The notes beneath the pieces were generated by a model. The model did no database searches and was not told the origin of the DNA. It saw nothing but the letters and a program-made list of their open reading frames with translations. 64,000 bases of DNA, taken from the NCBI RefSeq assembly GCF_009914755.1, contig NC_060925.1. The stretch is one strand, 5' to 3'. Origin of the DNA: the human T2T-CHM13v2.0 reference genome, Homo sapiens. This document shows, piece by piece, positions 51,150 to 64,000 of the stretch. Made by a program: the position numbers and the translations under genes. Within the stretch, counting starts at the first letter, position 1, and each line of letters starts with the position of its first letter.

Positions 51150-51900
51150 AACCATATTACAATAAAATACAATTATTCAGAAATTAGATGGGCAAAAAAA
51201 TGCTGATGAAATATAGTAACTGCAAAGATATGGAGAAATTGTTACACTCTTTATTTCTGGTAAGATATAAAATTTTAAAAATTGTACAAAATTTATCTGG
51301 TAATTTTAACCAAAATTTAAAAGTTTCTATCCATTTATTATACAATTATACTTTAAAACCTTTTCCCTACCAAAGTAAAAGCAATAGCATATAGAGATAT
51401 ATTGGTAAAATGTTTATCACAGCCATATTTGTTTTTTGCAGAACAGAATAGTACAAAAATTGTTAACCTTATGTATATCATAAGATATCATAAGGAAAAG
51501 AAACATATAATGTTTTCCTATTTGTATGCATTAAGCAGTTACTAACAATTAGTTAGATCTGCATATTAGCTCAGAACATGGTTCATGATGTATTGAATTA
51601 AAATGTTGCAAAGTAAAGTTATAGAATTCTGTATCTATAAATAAAAAAACTCCTTCTTTTTCTCCATTTCTGCCTCCCTTTCTATCCTTTCTCTCTATGT
51701 ACTCACACAGAAGGACACAAGCATACACATATATATGGATATTTGGGAGTATAAGTGGAGATATTATGAAAAATTATAATACATAACATATGTAATAAAT
51801 ATACCTAAAGCTAAGGAATGTTATTAAAGGAGGTAAAAAGAAAGATTTTTTTCTGTTGTATACAATCTGTATTGCTTAACTTTTTACAATAAAGATTACT
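51150..51900 (+). mobile_element. L1ME-like 3' region, highly diverged
   Basis: caaagatatggagaaattgttacactct...aatgtttatcacagccatatttgt resembles L1ME ORF2 end and 3'UTR. Confidence 0.5.
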
Positions 51901-52906
51901 AAATCTGAAATTATAGTAGTCAATAAAATGTAAAGATAACTAAGGGAAAACAATATCTAAAAACTGATAATATGAAAGATTACAGGGATCCAGTATTTGA
52001 TAAAATACATCAAAAGTACTTTTGAAAAGATTTTTATAATAACTAACAATCCCTGATTTGTTCCTTCCCACTTTCCCATTGTGAAGTAACCAAAATACAA
52101 TGTGTAAACTTATGTTAATACTCATTACTAGAAATATTAATAGTTAAGAGTTTGCCAATGTCTGAGAAAGGGAAATTTCACTCAACCAAAAGGAAGATTG
52201 ATATCTATTTCAGGGACATTGGCCTTAGTGACTATGGAGTAATAAAAAACTCAATTGATACGTTTTTGAGCTGGCCATGTTTATTTGACTTTCCTACTCC
52301 TTAACTATTATCTCTATTTCTAAAATTACTACATGATTAATTTTTTTAGTAATTCTTCATAGATTGGCAATGAAATTGGACTGCAAGAGATTCAAGAGAC
52401 TGGTTAATTAGACTGCAAAAGCCCTTGAATATTATTAAAGTATTAATATTTTATCTGTCAATTATGGTGGTGGGGTTCTGTATATTTATGTTTATTTTGG
52501 CTAGTTATATACCTGTCATTTATTTTATTTATGGTTTTAAGTTTATAGACAAGCTGAGAAGTTTTAGTGATAATTTGCTGTTATTTGTGTGCTTATTTTC
52601 TTATCCAGAATCAATTTCCCCTCTCTATAGCAACCCTAATTAACTTTGTGGAAATTATCTCTTATGTATTGCATATAGCATTTGTGATTCTACAAACTAG
52701 GTATCCTGCCCTCTTCTATCCAAGTAGTGGATATAACACTCAAGCTACATTTATCATATAATTTCTCCTGAAGACATACAAGTGTGAAAGGTAATGGCTA
52801 AAGAACATCCATTCCCATGCTGCTGCCCATGTAAATAATTTTCATAACCTGATCTCTGATGAATACATTTATTTAATGGATTAAGTCAACAATTATAGCA
52901 TATATG

Positions 52907-53229
52907 CAGTTGGCCCTGCATTTTTCGGGATTTCACATCCATGGACTCAACCAGCAACTGTGGGTTAAAAATATAAAAAATAAAAATAACAAAAAATCCA
53001 AGAATATATAATGCAATTTTAAAAAAAATACATGATAACATCTATTTATATGGCATTTGGATTGTTTTAGGCATTATAAGTAATCTAGAGATGGTTTAAG
53101 TATAGGAGAGAATATATGTAGGTTATGTGCAAATAGTATTCCATTTTATGTAAAAGACTTGAGCATCTGTGGATTTTGGTACCCACACGGGTCTGGAACC
53201 AATCCCTAGTGGCTACTGAGGAATTATTG
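52907..53229 (+). mobile_element. Tigger3a/MER7A DNA transposon relic
   Basis: cagttggccct...catccatggactcaacc...gcattataagtaatctagagatg...ctggaaccaatccc. Confidence 0.85.
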
Positions 53230-54409
53230 TACATATAATATTTTTCTTTATAATTAAAACATATCTATATCCACTAAATAATACAGGAATATTTTACATG
53301 TTCTACATGTAATGTTTACATATTTACATGTTCTACATGTAAAGTAAATTCTACAATTTTATTTCACTCACCCTATTATAACCCTATTCCCTGGCTCATT
53401 ATAAGAATTAAAATTCAGGAAAGAGAGATTCTCAGGTATGATGTGTCAGAGATACCTGTCACACTGATTTTAATAAAATATTGCATTTTACATTATTGAA
53501 AGGGCTTTGTTAAAACATCTTCCACATTACAGCATCCCAGTCAAAACAATGTGGCATGATGTTGGACTGTCTTTTCTTTAGGTGGATTCAAACCAGCAGG
53601 GATGATCTGAGAGTTCTTTTAACCAGTATACAATACAGCTTGTGACTAAACTATATTATTTCTTTTTCACAGAGGCATGTTTGACTACTAAAATAAATAT
53701 GACATGATGAGAGCTTTTTGAAATATTCATAAAATCCATGTTTTTTGCTTACTGTGTAATAATCAAAAGATACATATAATTCCATGCTGTTATAGTAATA
53801 ATAGCTTAAATCAGATTTATCTATTTTATTGTGCTCTGAAAATATACAGAGTAACATAAGTATATAACCTGATCATTTTAGGTATTCCTTTCTACTTACT
53901 AAGTAAAATTAAAAATAGAAACTTTGCAGACCCTGAGCACACATGTAATTCACTTATCTTGATGTAATCACATAAAATATTTTATCCAAATGAAATTTCA
54001 AAGTGCCACTTTTAATTCATCAAGTGGATATCATTTTAAATCAATTGTTTATATATTTTAAAGGCTTTAGATTCAAAGACATACTAGAAAAATATTAAGA
54101 TATTCATCAAATATATTTTATAGCACACAGTGTTTTAATCTAGTCAGATGCCAAACTTTTGATATCACTGTACTGAAGAAGGATATAACACATTATTCAT
54201 CTAATACTGACCAAGCACTAACAACAGAAAAAAGACATAAGAGCTTCATTTGTCAAGAATAATATTAAGGTACTAGAGTTTTATGTAAGATGGACAGAGG
54301 GTGATGATTATAGAAACTATACATTAATAAATCTCCACCTTACTGAATGATATATTTAACTAACATTCATTGTATGGTTATTATGAACTATAAAATATTC
54401 TAAGTGTGT

Positions 54410-54412
<3 letters not shown>

Positions 54413-54448
<36 letters not shown>
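54413..54448. repeat. (GATA)9 tetranucleotide microsatellite
   Basis: Nine perfect GATA units. Confidence 0.95.
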
Positions 54449-54449
<1 letters not shown>

Positions 54450-54455
54450 CCTATT

Positions 54456-56761
54456 TGATATGATTTGGCTGTGTCCCTAACCAAATCTCTTCTTTAATTG
54501 TAGCTCCCATAATTGTGGGAGGGACCCAGTGGAAGATAATTGAATCATTGGGGCTACTTCCCTCATACTATTCTCCTGGTAGTGAATAAGTCTTGTGAGA
54601 TCTCATTGTTTTATAGAGAAAACCCCTTCCACTTGGTTCTCATTCTCTCTCGTCTGCTTCCATGTAAGTTGTGTATTTTGCCTTCCACCATGACTGTGAG
54701 GCCTCCCCAGCCATGTGGAACTATAAGTCAATTAAACCTCTTTCCTTTATAAATTAACCAGTCTTTAGTGTGTCTTTATCAGCAGCATGAAAATGGACTA
54801 ATGCAGTAAATTGGTACCAGTAGAGAGGGGTGCTGCTGTAAAGATACCTGAAAATGTGGAAGCAACTTTGGAACGGGGTAACTGGCTGGAACAGTTGGGA
54901 ATGGCTCAGAAAAAGACTGGAAAATGTGAGAAAGTTTAGAACTTCCTAGAGACTTATTGAATGGTTTTGACCAAAATGCTGATAATGAGATAGACAACGA
55001 AATCTAAGCTGAGATGGTCTCAGATGGAGATGAGGAATTTGTTGGGAACTGGAGTAGAGATGACTCTTGCTATGTTTTAGCAAAGAGAGTGGTGGCATTT
55101 TGTCCCTGCCTTAGAGATTTGTGAAACTTTGAACTTGAGGAAGATGATTTAGGGTATCTGACAGAGGAAATTTCTAAGCAGCAAAGCATTCAAGAAGTGA
55201 CTTGGGTGCTATTGAAAGCATTCAGTTCTGAAGGGAAACCGAGCATAAAAAGTTCAGAAAATTTGCAGTCTGATGCTGTAATAGAAAAAAATAAAAATAA
55301 AAAACCTGTTTTCTGAGCAGAAATTCAAGCTGGCTGCAGAAATTTGCATAAGTGATGACGAGTCAAATGTTAATCTCCAAGATAGGAAAAATGTCTCCAG
55401 GGCATGTCAGAGACCTCTGTGGCAGCCCCTCCCATCTCAGGCCCAGAGGCCTAGCAGGAAAAAATGGTTTCAGGGGCTGGGCCCAGGGCTACTCTGCTGT
55501 GTGCAGCCTAGGGACTTGATGCCCTGTGTCGCAGCCACTCTAGCCATGGCTAAAAGGGGTCAAGGGACAGTTGGGGCCATGGCTTCAGAGGGTTCAAGCC
55601 CAAAGCCTTGGCAGATTCCACAAGGTGTTGAGTCTGCAGGTGCACAGAAGTCAAGAATTGAGGTTTGAGAACTTCTGCCTAGATTTCAGAGGATGTATGA
55701 AAATGCCTGGATGTCTAGGCAGAAGTTTGCTGCAAGGGTGGGGACCTCATGGAGAACATCTGCTAAGGTAATGTGAAAGGGAAATGTGAGGTTGAAGGCC
55801 CTACACAGATTTTCCACTTGGGTACTGCCTGGAAGAGCTGTCAGAAGAGGGCCACTGTCCTCCAGACCCCAGATGGGTAGATCTACTGACAGCTTGCACC
55901 GTGTACCTGGAAATCCACAGTCACTCAACTCCAGCCTGTGAAAGAAGCTGGGAGGGAGACTGTACCCTGCAAGTTCACAGGGCTGGAATTGTCCAAGACT
56001 ATGGGAACCCATCTCTTGTATCAACACAATCTAGATATGAGACATAGAATCAAAGGAGATCATTTTGAAGCTTTAAGATTTGACTCTCCTGCTGGATTTT
56101 GAAGTTACATGAAATCTTAGACCCTTTGTTTTGGCCAATTTCTTCCATTTGGAAAGGCTTTATTTACCCAATGCCTGTACCCACATCGCATCCTGAAAGT
56201 AACTAACTTGTTTTTGATTATACAGGCTCGTAGGAGGGAGGGACTTGCCTTGTCCCAGGTGAGACTTTGGACTATGGACTATGGACTATGGACTTTGAGT
56301 TAATGCTGAAATGAGTTAAGACTCTTGGAGACTGTTGGGAAGGCATGACAGATTTTGAAATGTGAGGACATCAGATTTGGGAGGGGCCAGGGGTGTAATG
56401 ATATGGTATGGCCGTGTCCCCACACAAATCTCATCTTTAATTGTAACTCCCATAATTCCCACATGTTGTGGGAGGGACCCAGTGGGAAATAACAGAATCT
56501 TGGGGGCGTTTTCTCTCATACTGTTCTTTTGGTAGTGAATAAGCCTTGTGAGGTTTGATGGTTTTATAAGGGGAAACCCCCTTCGCTTGGTTCTCATTCT
56601 CTCTCTTGTCAACCCCCACGTAAGACATATATTTTGCCTCCCACCATGATTGTGAGACCTCCCCAGTTATGTGGAACTGTGAGTCAATTAAACCTCTTTC
56701 CTTTGTAAATTACTCAGTCTTGGGTATGTCTTTATCATCAGTGTGAAAAAAATCTCATAAA
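54456..56761 (+). mobile_element. Complete THE1B MaLR provirus (LTR 54456-54805, internal 54806-56398, LTR 56399-56761)
   Basis: Two THE1B LTRs flanking THE1-int (gtaaattggtacc start; gggaggggccaggggtgtaa purine tract); TSD ctatt/ctctt. Confidence 0.93.
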
Positions 56762-56769
56762 CTCTTTTT

Positions 56770-56925
56770 AATTTTATTAAAACCATTTATGATGAGTAAA
56801 ATTATCACTCTTTTATAGACAAGAAGCTGAAGCACAGAAGCTAAGTTAGGTGCCAAGTTCACACAAGTATGAAATAAAAGAGGGGGGATTTTGACCCAGA
56901 GAAGCTAGATTTATCCACTATGATA
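56770..56925 (-). mobile_element. MIR fragment
   Basis: ttttatagacaagaagctgaagcacagaagctaagttaggtgccaagttcacaca. Confidence 0.6.
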
Positions 56926-58291
56926 AACTGTCAATCAATGCTCAGGGCCCTATTCGATATAGTAGGTTTCCATTAACTGCTTATTAAGAATAGTAGTTTT
57001 GGACAGTAGGAAAGACATTTTATACATTATAGCATAATTGGTAACAGTAATACTGTATGTCATTTAAATTCCTATCAAACATAATTCACATCATCTGCCA
57101 ATTTATGACATAATCCTTTCTAGAAGCTTTATTTTATTTTAAAATTGTGTATTATAATTATTAAAAGTTTTTATAGAATTGCCAAATTATTCTTGACCTC
57201 CTTATTGTATTTAGCATCATAATATAATTTCAAGATGCATGAAAAGTATTTATTAGAATAGGCACATCAGCTTCAAATATTCTAAAATGTGAAAAATATG
57301 TTGTATATTTTGTATAAATAGAAAGTTTTTATTTATTGATTCGTTATAAAAACTGTAGTACTACTAGATAATCTGTATATGGATTATGTTATCAAATTTT
57401 ATTCCAACTCTTTGAGTGTTATATAAGCTCAATTTGAAATGAATAATCAAAATAGTGTGGTACTGACATAAACAAGACATAAATATAGACCAATTGAACA
57501 AAGTAGAGACCAGAAATAGACGCTAGTATATAGCAAATAACATTCAACAAAGATGTTAAAACCATTTAATAGAGAAAAAAGTCTTTTCAACAAATAAAGC
57601 TGGAATAATGGACTATTCACAGGCAAAAGAATAAAGTTGAACCTTTATCTCATACTACATAAAAATTTAACTGAAAGGGATCAAATACCTCAACAGAAGA
57701 GCTAAAGCTGTAATCCTCTAAGAAGAAAAAAGCTAAGGGGCAAAAGTTTAATGATATTTAATTTGGCAATGATTTATTGGATGTAACATCAAAAGTATAG
57801 ACAACAAAAGAAGAAAAATACATAAATTGGACTTCAAAATAATTAAACAATTGTTTTTATCAAAGACACTATTAACAGAGTAAAAAAGCATTTCACAAAA
57901 TGGGAGAAAATATTTGTAAATCATTTATCTGATAAGGAATTAATATTCAGAACTTATGTAAAACTCCTAAAATGTTTCTTCAAAGAATATATACAAATGA
58001 CCAATAAGTACATAAACATCACTTCTTAGGAAAATGCAAATCAAAAACACAATTTGATATCACTTCAAACCCATTATGGTTACTGTGAAACACACACAAA
58101 CACACATACACAGAAAATAGCAAATGGTGGTGAGGGTGTGGAGAAACGGGAACCCTGTGCATTATTGGTAGAAGTCTAAAATGGTGTAGCTACTTTGGAA
58201 AACAATATTGTGGTTCCTCAAAAATTAGAAAATAGAATTACTATATTATCCAACAATTCCATTTCTGAGTATACATAGATAAAAGATTTAA

Positions 58292-58688
<397 letters not shown>

Positions 58689-58739
58689 TCATCAGTAGAT
58701 TGATGGAGAAGCAAAATGTGATGTATACATGTAATGCAT

Positions 58740-58888
58740 TGTTTGTAATACAAAGGATAAATGCTTGAGGTGATAGGTATCTCATTTATTCTGATGTTAT
58801 TATCGCACATTGTATGCCTGTATCAAAATATTCCCTATGCCCTATAAATATATACACCTATGTACCAATAAATATTAAAAAATAAAAA
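58740..58888 (+). mobile_element. L1MA2/3 3'-terminal fragment
   Basis: caaaggataaatgcttgaggtgataggtat...tgcctgtatcaaaata...aataaatattaaaaaa. Confidence 0.75.
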
Positions 58889-59057
58889 TTCCTGACATAT
58901 GATATCACACTGATAAAACAAGAACGTTATGCTAAGTGAAATGTCAGTGACAAAAAAGGAATATTGTATGATTCTGCATATATGAGCTACTTCAAGTAGT
59001 ACAATTCATAAAGCTAGAAAGTAAAATGGTAATGAGATTGAGGACATTAAGGTTGGT

Positions 59058-60127
59058 TTTCAAACTACACATCTGACAAGAGATTAATAACCAGAGTATA
59101 TACAGAATTCAAACACTTTAATAAGGAAAAAACCATAATGATTCAATTTAAAATAGGCAAAATGTATGAATACAAATTTCTCAAAAGAAGACATACAAAT
59201 GACCAACAGACATATAAAAAATGCTCAACATCACAAATCATCAGAGACATAAAAATTGAAGCTACAATGAGATCATCTCTCACCCAAGTTAAATGGCTTT
59301 TATCAAAAAGACAGGCAATATTAGATGCTGGCAAGAATGTGGAGAAAGGGCATCCCTCTTACAATATTAATGGGAGTGTGAATAGGTACAGCCACGTGAA
59401 GCACAGTATAAAGTTTCCCTTCAAACAAAAAGTAGAACTACTATATAACCCAGCAATGTCACTGATAGCTATATATTTTTTAAAAAATGAAATGAACATA
59501 TTAAATATCTATACTCTGATGTTTATTGCAGCATTATTCATAATAGCCAAGGTATGGAATCAACATAAGTGTCTATCAATAGATGACTTGACACAGAAAA
59601 TTTGGCATATATACACAATGGAAACATAAAAATGAATGAGATAAAAAATATAAAACCATATTCAGCAATAAAAAACAAATGAGATCACTTCATTTGCAAC
59701 AACATAGTTAGAATTGGAGGGCATTATGTTAAGTGAAATAAGCCACAAACAGAAAAAAAAAATTGCATGTTCTTATGTATATGTGGGAGCTAACAAAAAA
59801 TTGAACACCTAGATATAGAGAGTAGAATGACAGTTATCAGAGGCTGGGAAGGGTCGTGGTGAGGGAGAGATACAGAAGGGATGATTAACAGGTAGAAAAA
59901 TGTAGTTAAAAGGAGTAAGATCCAGTGTTTTGTGACACAATAGGGCAAATACAGTTAATATTTTATTGTATATTTCAAAATAACCAGAAGAGCAGAATTG
60001 GAACATTTCTAACACTCAAAAAAGATACATGCTTGAGGCTATGGATATCCCAATTACCTTGATTTATTATACATAAATACATTTGCTTGTATCAGAGTAT
60101 CACGTGTGCCTTACAATATGTACAACT
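59058..60127 (+). mobile_element. L1MA4/5-like 3' ~1.1 kb
   Basis: ORF 59138-59629 is the ORF2 C-terminus (MFIAALFIIAKVWNQHKC); L1MA 3'UTR. Confidence 0.8.
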
Positions 60128-63100
60128 GCAAGGTATAGCATTTAGATATATTCTTATTTTCAGTATGGGTTAGATTTTGGGTTTTTTTCTAATTTTTATT
60201 TAAAAATTAAACTAAACTGTCAAATGCTATAAAGTAGTCCACTGCATTGAGAATCTATAAGTCAAATTGATGATAATATCACTGAATAATTGTGAGTTGT
60301 CTCATTCACGTATAGCTATATTTCTTTTCCTGTACATTTTATTCAGGATTAATGATTTTTTCATTTTTATTTATTTATCCTTTTATGTGACTTGCTAATT
60401 TTTCTCTTAATACATAAACTTCATAAATCAACTTTGAACAATATTATTCACCATAATTATAATAATACATCTACAAATATTAATGAAAATCAAGTTTAAA
60501 TCTTCATTTAAGGCATTTATTTTCCAGCTTTCCATTTTTTAAAAAAATTTTCAGTAATATCATCCTTAGTTTAAAGTCTGAAAATTCTACTCACTGGAGG
60601 GAATTACAAAAAAGAGGCTTATTGCTCCTCGCTAGTGCCAATATATCACTTGAAACTGTCTATAAACCAGGACTTTTTCCTTCCTTAGGAAACTGGATAT
60701 TTGCACAGATTCATGAGTATGTACATGAGGAAAATGTGAAAGTACTACTGATATAAGAGGATTAGATAAACCAATCACGTGCTCATGTACATTACTTGTG
60801 TTTTTAGGAATTGAAACAAATGCCTTTCTTTGTATGTGTTTTCAATGGAGATGGAGCACTGCTGCACATACTCAACTTTATGGTTTGCTGTATCAGAGAA
60901 CCCTTAAATCATGATAGGGAGGTCATTTTGTATAGATTCTGATGTTGTAAGATCTAGTGTTCAGTTTATCTCAACAACAGTATAGCAACTGTTTCTCAAA
61001 ATAAGAATAAAAAGTTTATAGAAAAAAAGTTTTTGCTATAAAATTCTAGAAACATATTATATAGTTTTCCTGTTATAATTGTTTCAGTCTTCATAAGGCA
61101 ACCTGATCTGCCACAGATACTTCAAACAACATTGTATTTACTCAAGGTCAGAGCTGCTTGCATCATGGTCTGAAATGCCTGGAGAAATTCACTTTCCTCT
61201 TGGCCATTTTCCCAAAAATCTAGAAATCTTATGAGCTAGGTCCATGCATATGAGGTGGTATATTTATCCTCCAAAATTCAATGGGGTCACTGGCTATTGT
61301 GCTCAGATAGACAAAAAAAATAGTACTTGCTTTTTTTTTTTCTTTTAATTTTAGGAAGAGTATACTGGCATGCTCAAGACTTCTGATACTCTAAAAACTG
61401 CAGTTATATAGTTCCTCAGATTTTTGTAACACTTTACTCTTATCTTTTAACATGCATGGATCTTACTGAGTCTTCTCAACTACTCTTTACTCACTGTTCC
61501 TCAGGTTACATAATCTGGATGTCATCAACATAAATGCAAGTATAAGAAAGTATGCAACTAAATTATAACAGAGAAGCATACATTTTTATTGGATTTAAGG
61601 ATAAAGAATGAGGATGTGTCCCTGTCTCTTACAGGCTGAAACTTATATTGAGTATTATTTTCTGCTTATTGGCCAGCTCAGAGGTTGTGAAACACACAAA
61701 ATGATGTAGACTGATTTGCTCCATTATATGAGACAACTGAAAAGCATCATATATTACTTTTATCACCTAATTATATTTATAATAATACATTGTTATTCTT
61801 TCAAGATTCCTATGCTTTTTTCACTGACCCATGAAACAAGCTAAGTAGATTTAAATGTCAGAAACATTTTCTTCTGACAAATATCCCAGAATTGTGAGAA
61901 TACTCAGAGTGGATGCATTTTCATAGCACAACTTCAAGAATGTATGGCAAGAGAGATTTGTGTCCAAATTACATTCCTTTTCTTAATTCAATGATGCCCA
62001 TTCTGAGGGAAGGACCATTTGGTTTCCTGGATTATAAAATGCAAGCAATACCTCAGAACCAGAATCCAGTCATTTCCCAAATGTCACTTTTCCTCCAAGA
62101 ACGATCACTCCAGTATATGATCAGCAACGGCTTTGTAGAAATCAAGAAGGAATAAGTATGTTAAAAACTTTTGCTGATATAATTCAAGATAGTTTAGGAA
62201 GGACACATGAATCATCATCACAGTAATTATTCAACTTCCCCTTTATCATAATTATATTTTATTGTAACTATTGGTTTATAGGTATTTTAGAGCTTTTGTT
62301 CATTACTCATCTATATATTTCGTAAGTATCTTAAAATTCATGGAAAATAATCAAAGGTTCTTTTGGGATAATCTTTCTTCCTTTTACCTCTCCAGCCATG
62401 CTACAATAATTACTCTTATTCTGCTGGCTACATACTGCCATTTGGGCTCTATCACCACCAAAACGTTTACTCCTTTTAATCAGAGAACTCTTATACAAGG
62501 CAGCGTCTCCTACCCTCGTCACCAGCCTGCAAGGAGAGTTATTACAGAGTTTAATCTTAGTGCCTTGGTGAATTTATTCTCTTCAGAGTTATCTCAGATG
62601 GAAAAAAGTTGGGTAAACTTAAGTCACAAAAACATTTTATATTCTTATCATTTCATATTTCTTCTTCAACATTAAGCCAAGGTACCTTTGATGTCCAAAT
62701 GTTTTTAGGGTAGACCATTGTTAGATTGAGCTTTCAATTAGTCAACCAAACAAGCAGTTAAAACCACTCTGAGCTGCTTAAGGTATCACATTGAATTCAG
62801 AATGTAGTATGTATATCAAAATATTTATGTCAAATTAAATTTAGAATTTATGCTACCTGTTCTAGCTTCACCTACTAGCCATTCCTATATATATTATTAA
62901 TACACATGCTGATTTTTAGGATAAAATATATAAATTGTAATTTTTATGTCAACAGAGTCAAATAATTTTAATTTCATATGATTCAACCTAATAAATAAAA
63001 CCTCATCTCATTTTGAGGAGTACTTGCTATTATTCTTTTGGATATTCCATCTAATTCTTCTTATATATGAAGAAGAAATGGAAGCAGCATAAACAAAACT

Positions 63101-64000
63101 CTTCTGAAAGGTTACTACCTCAAGCAATGTATAGGGTTTCTACAAAAGGTAGATGCAAGCTTCTTAAACAGTGGATAAAAGACTGCTTATGCTGGAATAG
63201 TTTGGGGTATTCAGCATCAACTGAATCCACCCAAATACAACTATTTCAGTGATTTGGATACCTATTTCTTTTCAAATCTGCACCTATTTTTTTTTTATTT
63301 AGGACACCTAGAAAAATCTGTGAATTCAACTATTCTCTAATTTAGCAACTTAAAGCACTAGATTTGCATGTGACTTTAAGCTATGTTATCTGTGTGGCTA
63401 ATATAAAAGAAATTATTTCAGGATAGTCATAAAATCTCCCTAGTTCTTCATCATGTGATGAATTAAGCATTAAAGCTCTGCTCTTGTCTCTGTCTTTCTT
63501 GAAATATTTTGATTCAGACAGAAATTACCAGTCCACCCCTTTGTTCCTTGCGTTCTTTATTTACAACATAATGATAATCAGATTAGTATTTGATTACAGG
63601 TGACCACAAATAATAATTTCTATATTTTGTTTTTGCATGTTATGAATTACCAATGTCCCATTTCCAGGTAATTATGAGCCTCACTGCAAACTCAACAATG
63701 TCAAATGAATCACTCTGTTTCGCATCTTTGAGTCTACGTTTGCCCACAATCATTTAGAGTATGTAATAGCTTGTCAGTAAAGATACATAGAAAAAGTAGA
63801 AATTATTTTATGTATTTAGCAGAATGTAATTTAAAACAAGAAAATAGATGGCTAAAATTTATTAGAAGTTCCAAAGGAGTTGACTCCGGGCTAAGGCTTC
63901 TTATGTGATTGCCAGAAAACAAAACGACAGACCCTTGATAGAGTTATTATCTTTGCCAGTTATGAATGTGCAGCACTAAGAAATCATTGCTGGAACTACT

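Noticed and set aside
61913-62675. 80-aa and 134-aa ORFs in unique DNA
   Set aside because: Non-ATG track starts, no recognisable domain, composition expected from AT-rich DNA

Overview
AT-rich, CpG-depleted, gene-poor primate DNA, almost certainly human: it contains an AluYa5 and an L1PA2. Roughly half the window is interspersed repeat. L1s range from L1ME to L1PA2 and include a full-length decayed L1PB2. There are about 14 Alus, a complete THE1B MaLR provirus, MER34/MER61/THE1D/MSTA/MLT1 LTRs, and MER58A/Tigger3a/MADE1 DNA-transposon relics. I found no host protein-coding gene, tRNA, rRNA, CRISPR or CpG island. Every long ORF in the track is L1 ORF1/ORF2, an Alu/LTR read-through, or AT-rich chance. 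I found no convincing new biological system. The notable observations concern structure and retrotransposition history: (1) an L1PA2 with a twin-priming inversion inserted into an AluY linker, creating a chimeric 577-codon ORF; (2) an ancient twin-priming L1 reconstructable across four nested insertions; (3) a young 5'-truncated AluYa5 with a perfect TSD; (4) an L1PA5 with a mini 3' transduction; (5) two non-TE hairpins resembling template-switch scars; (6) a well-formed minus-strand non-coding exon candidate; (7) a few exact TF-motif clusters in unique DNA. Subfamily calls come from remembered consensus diagnostics, and boundaries of old repeats are approximate.
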